Assembly (NCBI GenBank): GCA_051011595.1
Contig: JBPCTQ010000118.1
Location: 1-56,887 of the forward strand
Reading direction: 5' to 3'
DNA length: 56,887 bases
From: Acidimicrobiales bacterium
Lineage (GTDB): Bacteria > Actinomycetota > Acidimicrobiia > Acidimicrobiales > SHLQ01
Position 1 is the first letter of the stretch; each line of letters begins with the position of its first letter. Shown in pieces: positions 10,194-17,494 of the stretch. The translations under genes were made by a program, and so were the position numbers. Below the pieces are notes generated by a model. The model searched no databases and was not told the origin of the DNA. It saw nothing but the letters and a program-made list of their open reading frames with translations.

Positions 10194-10969
10194 GCCGGGC
10201 GGAGATGGTGGACATCACCCACGGTGACCACCTCGGTGGTCCCCCCGGTGTCGACCAGCAAGGCGCCTCGATCATCGACGGTGATGGCCTTTCCGGTGAT
10301 CTCGCCGCCGCCCACCAGGTCGACCCGAACCCGCTCACCCAGCGTGGAACAGCGACTCCGATACGCGGCCACCAGTCCCGCCTGATCGCGCGCCAGCTCG
10401 TCAATCCGCCGGTCGAGGGCCGGCAACAACTCGCCCAGCAGGTCGAAGCGGTCGCCGGCGGCGCCGAGCGCCCGCAGGCTGGTGGCGCCCAGCTCCGGAT
10501 CGGCAGCCGCCGGCCAGGCCACATTGACGCCGAGCCCCACCACCAGCGCCGACGGAGTGGTGACCGCCTCGGCCAGCAGGCCGGCCACCTTGGCGCCGTC
10601 GTGGTGGAGGTCGTTGGGCCACTTCACGGCAACGTCGACACCGAGCTGGTGGCATGCGTCGACCGCCGCCACCGCCACCGCAGCCGACACCCATCCCCAC
10701 CGATCCGGTTGACCCTCGGGCCGGAGCAACACCGACACCAACAGGTTGGCCCCGGGAGGAGATTCCCATCGTCGGTCCAGGCGCCCTCGGCCGCTGGTCT
10801 GGTGATCGGCCACGAGCACGACCGGGGCGGTTGCTCCGCTTCGGGCCAACTCGACCAGATCGGCGTTGGTGGAACCCGTCCGGGCCACCCATCGCAGATC
10901 GTTCCAGCGGTTCGTGTCCGGATCGGCGTCGAGCCGGCGGCGCACGAGGTCGATCTCGGCTTCGCTCAT
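10190..10969 (-). CDS. birA: Biotin-[acetyl-CoA-carboxylase] ligase, class I (no HTH)
   Basis: HQTSGRGRLDRRWESPPGANL (GRGRxGRxW signature). The 3' end overlaps the convergent gene within CTAG. Confidence 0.85.
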   Translation of the reverse strand: MSEAEIDLVRRRLDADPDTNRWNDLRWVARTGSTNADLVELARSGATAPVVLVADHQTSGRGRLDRRWESPPGANLLVSVLLRPEGQPDRWGWVSAAVAVAAVDACHQLGVDVAVKWPNDLHHDGAKVAGLLAEAVTTPSALVVGLGVNVAWPAAADPELGATSLRALGAAGDRFDLLGELLPALDRRIDELARDQAGLVAAYRSRCSTLGERVRVDLVGGGEITGKAITVDDRGALLVDTGGTTEVVTVGDVHHLRPA

Positions 10970-11038
10970 GTCGCACCCGGGGGCCGCTGTCGAGTATTCA
11001 TATGAGGCCCGAACCTACCCACGAGGCCCTCCCAAACC

Positions 11039-12796
11039 GTGTTCACCAAGGTCCTGATCGCCAACCGAGGCGAAATCGCCGTTCGAGTCATCCGCGCCTG
11101 CCAGGAGCTCGGCATCGGCACCGTCGCCGTGTATTCCGAGCTCGATCGTGAGGCACTACACGTACGGCTGGCCGACGAGGCCTACGCCCTGGGTGGCGAG
11201 ACCGCCGCCGACAGCTATCTCAACACCGACGCCATCCTCGACGCCATCGATCGCAGCGGGGCCGAGGCCGTGCACCCCGGCTACGGGTTCTTCTCCGAGA
11301 ACGCCGACTTCGCCAGGGCGATCTCGGAGCGGGGTGTGGCCTTCATCGGTCCGCCGGCCGAGGCCATCGAGGTCATGGGCGACAAGATCTCGGCCCGCCA
11401 GGCGGCCGAGAAGGTCGGAGTCGACGGTGTACCCGGCACCACCGACCTCATCACCGACCCCGAGCAGGTTCGCACCTTCGGGGCGTCACACGGGTACCCC
11501 ATCGCCATCAAGGCGGCCTACGGCGGCGGCGGGCGGGGCATGAAGGTGGTGCCCGATGCCGACTCGGTCGAAGAGGCCATCGAGTCGGCCCAGCGCGAGG
11601 CCATGTCCTACTTCGGGCGCGACGAGATCTACATGGAGCGCTACCTCACCAAACCCCGCCACGTCGAGGTCCAGGTGCTGGCCGACAGCCACGGTCACTG
11701 CGTCTACCTCGGCACCCGCGACTGCTCGGCCCAGCGGCGACACCAGAAGCTCATCGAAGAAGCACCGGCGCCGGGCATCGACGAGGCCATCCTCACCGCC
11801 ATGGGTGAGGCCGCGGTGAAGGTGGCCCAGGGTTGTGACTACGTGAACGCCGGGACCGTCGAGTTCCTCTACGAAGCCGGCGAGTTCTTCTATCTCGAGA
11901 TGAACACCCGGCTCCAGGTCGAACATCCGGCCACCGAGCTCATCACCGGCCTCGATCTGGTCGAGCAGCAGCTCAAGGTGGCGGCCGGTGAACCCCTGGC
12001 GTTCACCCAGGACGACGTGGTCATCCAGGGTCATGCCATCGAGGTGCGCATCAACGCCGAGGACCCGGCCGAAGGGGCGTTCCTGCCCTCGCCGGGCACC
12101 ATCACCACCCTCGACACCCCCGACGGGTACGGGGTCCGGTTCGACGCCGGATACTCCGCCGGCGACGAGATCAGCCAGTTCTACGACAACCTCATCGGCA
12201 AGCTGGTGGTGTGGGGCCACGACCGCGAGACGGCCCGCCGCCGAGCCCTCCGAGCGCTACGCGAGCTCCGAGTGGACGGTGTGGCCACCACCATCCCGGC
12301 CGATGTGGCCATCCTCGAACACCCCGACTTCATCGCCATCGAACACTCCACCAAGTGGGTCGAGGAGGTGCTCGACCTCACCGGTGTGGGCGCCTCGATC
12401 GACGCCGCCGAAGGCGACGACGCCGAAGCCAAGGTCCGCCGCGACATCGCCGTGGAAGTCAACGGCAAACGCTTCTCGGTGAGCATGTGGGTTCCCGAAC
12501 AAGCCGGCACGGTGTCGGCCGGCGACGGCGGTCCGGCTCGCCGGGGCCGTCGGGGCGGCACCGCAGCAGGCGGCGGGGCCGCGTCGGGTGAGGTCACCGT
12601 GCCCATGCAGGGCACCATCTTGAAGGTGTTGGTCAACGAGGGCGACACGGTCTCGGCCGGCGACACCGTGGTGGTGCTCGAGGCCATGAAGATGGAGAAC
12701 AACATCGAAGCCGACAAGGACGGCACGGTGGCCGACGTCAAGGTCGCCGAAGGCGACTCGGTGGGCAGCGGCGACGTCGTGATCGTGATCGAGTAG
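11039..12796 (+). CDS. accA: Acyl-CoA carboxylase alpha subunit (biotin carboxylase plus BCCP domain)
   Basis: GTG start; MFTKVLIANRGEIAVRVIRAC; ATP-grasp core; C-terminal biotinyl-lysine motif VVVLEAMKMEN. Confidence 0.9.
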   Translation: MFTKVLIANRGEIAVRVIRACQELGIGTVAVYSELDREALHVRLADEAYALGGETAADSYLNTDAILDAIDRSGAEAVHPGYGFFSENADFARAISERGVAFIGPPAEAIEVMGDKISARQAAEKVGVDGVPGTTDLITDPEQVRTFGASHGYPIAIKAAYGGGGRGMKVVPDADSVEEAIESAQREAMSYFGRDEIYMERYLTKPRHVEVQVLADSHGHCVYLGTRDCSAQRRHQKLIEEAPAPGIDEAILTAMGEAAVKVAQGCDYVNAGTVEFLYEAGEFFYLEMNTRLQVEHPATELITGLDLVEQQLKVAAGEPLAFTQDDVVIQGHAIEVRINAEDPAEGAFLPSPGTITTLDTPDGYGVRFDAGYSAGDEISQFYDNLIGKLVVWGHDRETARRRALRALRELRVDGVATTIPADVAILEHPDFIAIEHSTKWVEEVLDLTGVGASIDAAEGDDAEAKVRRDIAVEVNGKRFSVSMWVPEQAGTVSAGDGGPARRGRRGGTAAGGGAASGEVTVPMQGTILKVLVNEGDTVSAGDTVVVLEAMKMENNIEADKDGTVADVKVAEGDSVGSGDVVIVIE

Positions 12797-12809
12797 TCGT
12801 CGACTACTC
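12791..12809. terminator. Palindrome between convergent accA and lpdA that embeds both stop codons (possible bidirectional terminator)
   Basis: gagtagtcg t cgactactc: 9-nt perfect inverted arms. TAG of accA (12794-12796) and CTA (the lpdA stop on minus, 12804-12806) lie in the arms. No clear U-tract. Confidence 0.35.
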
Positions 12810-14171
12810 GGCCGCCTCGGCCAACGCCTCGGCCAACGACGGGTGCACCAACAGCGAGTCGATCAGGTTGTTGACCGTGAGCGTGGCGTTCACGGCGATG
12901 GCCAACACCGATATCAACTCGGCCGCGTGCCGACCGACGATCGATCCCCCCAACACCACACCGGTGGCCGGGTCGGACACGATCTTGACGAACCCGCGGG
13001 CATCGTCGTTGATGAGCGCCTTGGCTGAGACCGAAAAGGGCACCTTGGTGACCCGGATTTTGCGGCCTTCGGCAAAGGCGTCGGCCTCGGCCAGGCCCAC
13101 GTCGGCGATCTCGGGTTCGGTGAAGATGGCCGAGGCGGCCTTGTCGTAGTCGAGGTGTTTGTGGGGCAGGTCGTGCATCCCCATGATGTGCTCGGCGATC
13201 TTGCGGCCCTGCATGGAGGCGACCGACGACAGGGGCAGTTTTCCCGAGAGATCACCACCGATGTAGATGTGCGGGACCGATGAACGGCAGTGATGGTCGA
13301 TGGGCACGTAGCCGCCCTCGTCGACGAACACCCCGGCGGCGTCGAGGCCCAGGTGTTCGGAGTTGGGGATCGAACCAATGGCCAACAGCGCATGTGACCC
13401 TTCGGCCACCCGTCCGTCGTTGCAGTTGACCCGTACCGCGTCGGGCAGCCGCTCGATACCCGTGGCTCGCGCCCCCTTGAACAGCGCCACTCCACGATCG
13501 AGGAAGTTCTCCTCCAGCGCGGCGGCCACCTCGGGGTCCTTGCCGGGCAGGACGTGCTGGCGACTGACGATGAGGGTGACGCGGGCACCGAAGCTGGCGA
13601 ACATGTGGACGAACTCCACGCCGGTGACTCCTGAGCCGACCACCACCAGGTGATCGGGCATCAGGGTGGGGGGATAGGCGTGGCGGGTGGTGAGCACCCG
13701 CTCGCCGTCGATTTCGGCCCAATCGGGTACACGGGGGCGACTCCCGGTGCCGAGCACGACGGCGTCGGCCTCGAGCTCGACGCGCTCACCGGTGGCCGCC
13801 TCGGCCACCACCTCGTGCGATCCCACCATCCGGCCCGAGCCCTCGATGATGCGGACTCCCTGGCTCTCGAGCAGGCTGATGGTGGAGGTGGTGAGCCGGG
13901 CCTCGATGGTGGCCAGTCGGTTCCGGAGATTGTCGAGATCGACCTCCGGTCGGACCTCTTCGAGTCCCATGCCGCGTGACCGGGCCAGGAACGACATGGC
14001 TCCACCGGTGGCGATCATCGCCTTGCTGGGTATGCAGTCCCAGAGATGGGCCGCCCCACCCACGATGTCGCGTTCGATCAGCACCACCTCGGCACCCAGT
14101 CGGGCCGCGTGGGTGGCCGCTGCGTTGCCCGCCGGGCCGGCACCGATGATGACCACGCGAGTCGCAACCAT
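12804..14171 (-). CDS. lpdA: Flavoprotein disulfide reductase family, LpdA (Rv3303c)-type NAD(P)H quinone reductase
   Basis: VVIIGAGPAGNAAA FAD motif. GGAAHLWDCIPSK has only one Cys of the usual CxxxxC, as in mycobacterial LpdA. Start trimmed to MVATRVV (14171); ATG 14183 is an alternative. Confidence 0.8.
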   Translation of the reverse strand: MVATRVVIIGAGPAGNAAATHAARLGAEVVLIERDIVGGAAHLWDCIPSKAMIATGGAMSFLARSRGMGLEEVRPEVDLDNLRNRLATIEARLTTSTISLLESQGVRIIEGSGRMVGSHEVVAEAATGERVELEADAVVLGTGSRPRVPDWAEIDGERVLTTRHAYPPTLMPDHLVVVGSGVTGVEFVHMFASFGARVTLIVSRQHVLPGKDPEVAAALEENFLDRGVALFKGARATGIERLPDAVRVNCNDGRVAEGSHALLAIGSIPNSEHLGLDAAGVFVDEGGYVPIDHHCRSSVPHIYIGGDLSGKLPLSSVASMQGRKIAEHIMGMHDLPHKHLDYDKAASAIFTEPEIADVGLAEADAFAEGRKIRVTKVPFSVSAKALINDDARGFVKIVSDPATGVVLGGSIVGRHAAELISVLAIAVNATLTVNNLIDSLLVHPSLAEALAEAAE

Positions 14172-14262
14172 GGGCGGCACCATACCGGGCCCGGCCTGAC
14201 CGACCCGGGAGGGCCGGCGGGGAGACGCTGGTCTTGGATCGGGATCCGCTAGCCTGACCGCC

Positions 14263-14493
14263 ATGATTGGTTACTTCGATGCCGGCACCGGCACCATGAT
14301 CATCTCGGCCGTGGCGGCGGGATTCGCCGGGATTGTCATGTTCGGGAAGTCGGTCTGGTACAAGCTGGCCTTCTGGCGCAAGCCCCAGGACAGCTCGATT
14401 GATCAGGCCGTCAACGTCGACCTCGACGATCTCGAAGGCACCGACGGACTCGACATCGGCGAGATCGACGACGCCGAGCTCGAGATCAACTGA
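14263..14493 (+). CDS. Small membrane protein with acidic C-terminus (unknown function)
   Basis: 76 aa, MIGYFDAGTGTMIISAVAAGFAGIVMFGKSVWYKLAFW then a D/E-rich tail. GC3-rich codons; the 3' end overlaps the convergent gene by 8 nt. Confidence 0.45.
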   Translation: MIGYFDAGTGTMIISAVAAGFAGIVMFGKSVWYKLAFWRKPQDSSIDQAVNVDLDDLEGTDGLDIGEIDDAELEIN

Positions 14494-15607
14494 TCGCTGC
14501 GGCCAACCAAGCGGCCGCGGCTTCGGCCGAATGACCGACGTTGTACACCGCGGCGTCACGCCGCTCGACCAGATCGGCCGCCCACTGGTCGGTTGATGAC
14601 GTCAGGTCGTCGATGGCGGGCACCAGCCGGTCGAGATCGGCCGGGTCGACCACGGCGCCGATCTCGGGCCGGAGTTGCCGCTCGATGGGTTCGATGTCGA
14701 GTTCGGACCACGCCGGGTTGTTGACCTTGGCCGGCGTGTCGATCGACACCACCGGCCGGGCCAGACCCAGGGCGTAGTCGAAGGCGGCACCCGACCAGTC
14801 AGAGATCAGCACACTCGACCGCAGCAGCGACGATCGATCCCGCATGTCGGTCTCGACGTGGAGGCGGCCGTGGCCGCCATGGGTGGCCGACAACTCGAAC
14901 GCCAGGTCGGGCAGGCGGCGCTGGGTCATGGGATGGAGACGCACCACCACCTCGTACTCGGCGGCCAGGAGCCGTTCGACGATGCGGGCGCCGACGTCGG
15001 TCTCCATGAACGCATCGTCGCCCCAACTGCCGGCGACCACGACCACCCCGGATTCGGGCCGAGATGCGGCCGACTCCTCGATGAGCGCATCCAATCGTCC
15101 GTAGCCGTGTTTGACCAACCGGCGGCGGTCGAGACCATGGAGTTGCTCAGCGGCCCGCAGTTCGCGCCCGTGGTGGGGCCCCACACACAACACGGTGTCG
15201 AAGGCGTCGAAGGCCCCCGGTCGGTACACCATGTGGGTGCTGACCACGGCGTGGAAGAGATATACGTAGTGCACCGGGTGCAGCGACCGTTTGACGGCGT
15301 AGGTGTCGAAATCGGGTGTGGTGGTCAACAACATGCCGGCCTGTAGGTCCCGCATCAGCACGTTGCGAACACTGCCCGATCCGATGTTGTAGGCCTGCAG
15401 ACGGGGGTGGTCACGGTCGAGCACCGGATCGTCGGCCTCGCCGGTCAGATACGACACGGCCACGTCGTGATGGTCGATCAGCCGCTCGACCACCGGGCCC
15501 AGGTGGGCGTAGTCGCTGCGCCCTTCGGCGAAGACCACCATTCGGCGCCAGTCGGAGTCGGATTTCTTGAACGCCTTGGCCGCGGACTTCTCGTCGCGCC
15601 GGCTCAC
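14486..15607 (-). CDS. CDP-glycerol glycerophosphotransferase-like (TagB/TagF family) enzyme
   Basis: GTG start inside a GTGA overlap (15604-15607). VVVAGSWGDD...VVVRLHPMT and VLISDWSGAAFDYALGLARPVVSI match the TagF-family C-terminal pattern (LITDYSS.xFD). Confidence 0.65.
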   Translation of the reverse strand: MSRRDEKSAAKAFKKSDSDWRRMVVFAEGRSDYAHLGPVVERLIDHHDVAVSYLTGEADDPVLDRDHPRLQAYNIGSGSVRNVLMRDLQAGMLLTTTPDFDTYAVKRSLHPVHYVYLFHAVVSTHMVYRPGAFDAFDTVLCVGPHHGRELRAAEQLHGLDRRRLVKHGYGRLDALIEESAASRPESGVVVVAGSWGDDAFMETDVGARIVERLLAAEYEVVVRLHPMTQRRLPDLAFELSATHGGHGRLHVETDMRDRSSLLRSSVLISDWSGAAFDYALGLARPVVSIDTPAKVNNPAWSELDIEPIERQLRPEIGAVVDPADLDRLVPAIDDLTSSTDQWAADLVERRDAAVYNVGHSAEAAAAWLAAAIS

Positions 15608-16068
15608 GTCACCTCGAGGCCCGCCAGGAGCTCGTTCACCACCGGAGTCAGCACCCGGCGGCGGCGATGGCTACCGATCACCACGTAGAGGCAGAACGCC
15701 CGGCCACCTTCGTGAAAGAAGATCTGGAGCCCGCCCTGGCCGGCCTGAGGCCGTTGCAGGGTGTGGGTGGCGAAGTCATCGGGCGGCACCGATCGGGGCA
15801 CACCCTCGCGAGCGAACAACGCCGTCCCGGCCGACTCACTGCCATAGTCGACCAGGCACACGAGCACTCCGCTCCGGCCCATGATCTCGACGGCACCGCT
15901 GCCGAAATCACCTCGCTCAGCCGGCAGTGCGAAGTTGGCCGCATGCAGCACCGGGTTCTCGACCCCGCCGGCCGATCGCTCCGTTTCATCGGGTTCCCGA
16001 CGATAGATGGCACCGTCCCACCCGGTGGGGAGGTCGACCGCCATGCCGTGACCACGTAGCACCGTCAC
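15604..16068 (-). CDS. Hypothetical cytoplasmic protein (about 150 aa)
   Basis: Start placed at the GTG overlapping the upstream TGA (GTGA 16065-16068); ATG 16044 is an alternative. I recognise no motif. The longer N-terminal extension in the ORF track overlaps the upstream gene. Confidence 0.5.
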   Translation of the reverse strand: MTVLRGHGMAVDLPTGWDGAIYRREPDETERSAGGVENPVLHAANFALPAERGDFGSGAVEIMGRSGVLVCLVDYGSESAGTALFAREGVPRSVPPDDFATHTLQRPQAGQGGLQIFFHEGGRAFCLYVVIGSHRRRRVLTPVVNELLAGLEVT

Positions 16069-16655
16069 CAGACGAACCCCATCGCCATACCGGCCGCCAG
16101 TGCTGCGGTGGCTCCGGCCAACAGCCGGGCCGGCGCGGCGGCCCGGGCCAGGTCGGTGTGCAGCCGCCGCAAGGACTCCGGGTCGTGCACCCGGGCCACG
16201 ACGCCGATGAGCGCCCCCCGGGTGAGCCCGAACAGACCACAGATGAGCAGCGCCGACCAGAAGCTGCCGCTGGCCAGCGCGATCACGGCGGTGAGATACA
16301 CGAGGGAGGTGGTGACGTAGGTGAACCATCCCGCCCCCAGCTGGAACCCGAAGCCCACGCCGTAGACCCACCCGCGGTAACGACCCAACCAGTCCTCATT
16401 GACCTGCCGGTGCCACGACGGCAGCGGTCGTCCTCGGCGAGTGAGCTCCGACGCGAAGGCAGCGATGGCGACCACCGCGACCACGAGCCAGCGCACGGCC
16501 GGGTCGATCCACACACCGACCGGCAGCGCCGCCGCACCGACCACGATGCCGGTGACGAGCGATCCGGCGAGGGCGCCGACCACGAAGGCGGCGGCGGTGG
16601 TGGACCATCGGTTGTTTCGGGTCCGCTCGCCGAGCGGATGGATGCTGGACAGCAT
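16065..16655 (-). CDS. Polytopic membrane protein of unknown function
   Basis: 196 aa with about 5 hydrophobic spans (AAAFVVGALAGSLVTGIVVGAAAL, WLVVAVVAIAAF, VYGVGFGFQLGAGWFTYV, FWSALLICGLFGL, LLAGATAALAAGMAMGF). Only one Cys, so not CcdA/DsbD-like. Confidence 0.6.
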   Translation of the reverse strand: MLSSIHPLGERTRNNRWSTTAAAFVVGALAGSLVTGIVVGAAALPVGVWIDPAVRWLVVAVVAIAAFASELTRRGRPLPSWHRQVNEDWLGRYRGWVYGVGFGFQLGAGWFTYVTTSLVYLTAVIALASGSFWSALLICGLFGLTRGALIGVVARVHDPESLRRLHTDLARAAAPARLLAGATAALAAGMAMGFVW

Positions 16656-16732
16656 CGACTCACCTCAAGGCGACCAGGTGGACCGAACGGCGGCCATCAC
16701 CGCAGCCACCGAACCCACGAGCACGAACCCGC

Positions 16733-17494
16733 TCATCGGTCACCCTCGGGATCTTCGTTCTCGGGCAGGTACAGGCGGGGGTCGCCGGGGGCGATACCGG
16801 CCCGGGCCAACTCGTCGTCGATGCGGGACTCACGCACCTCGCCGGTGGCCACCGAAGCAGGTGATCGCAGTCCGTCACCGGTGAGTCCGGCATCGGCCAT
16901 CGCCTGCCCCAACAGGTCGCGCACCTGGTCCCACGAGGCCGCCGCCCCCTCGCCGACGATTCGGCGATCGCGGCCGTCGACCAACAAGAAGAAGGGCGAG
17001 ACGGGGACGTCGTAGTCGTCCCAGGCGGTCGAGGACTGCACCACCGTGACCCCTGGTGGGGCCAGCTGGGCCAGCCGGGCCGGACTCTCGGCTTCGGGAC
17101 CCTGGGTGACAACCACGAGGCGGGTGTCGGCGCCGGGGAGAACTCGCTGGTCGGGGTCGGCGAACGCCTCCCAGAAGGTGGCGCAGGTGAGACACCCCGA
17201 CGACAAGAACGCCACCAGCGTGAGATGGTCGGTTCCGACGACCGCCACCTTCAACGAACCTCCATCGAGGGTCGATCCCACGATGTCGTGGCCGATGCGG
17301 TCACCGGCGGGCCGCGGCTCGGGAACACCCGGACGGGTGCGAATCGACATGCCGGCGGCGGTGGGATCGAGCACGTCGTCGAGGCCGAGCTCGTGCAGCG
17401 CTCGCAACACCTCGGCGTGAGCTCGCAACATCCCGACGACGAGCACGGCGAGCAGCGCCACCACCACCGTGAGGGCCACCACCAGCGCGGTCAC
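16733..17494 (-). CDS. Membrane-anchored thioredoxin-fold protein (TlpA/MauD-like, CxxC)
   Basis: Start trimmed to the GTG in the GTGA overlap at 17491-17494. N-terminal TM VTALVVALTVVVALLAVLVVGML, then LVAFLSSGCLTCATFWEAF redox motif. Acidic C-terminal tail. Confidence 0.7.
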   Translation of the reverse strand: MTALVVALTVVVALLAVLVVGMLRAHAEVLRALHELGLDDVLDPTAAGMSIRTRPGVPEPRPAGDRIGHDIVGSTLDGGSLKVAVVGTDHLTLVAFLSSGCLTCATFWEAFADPDQRVLPGADTRLVVVTQGPEAESPARLAQLAPPGVTVVQSSTAWDDYDVPVSPFFLLVDGRDRRIVGEGAAASWDQVRDLLGQAMADAGLTGDGLRSPASVATGEVRESRIDDELARAGIAPGDPRLYLPENEDPEGDR

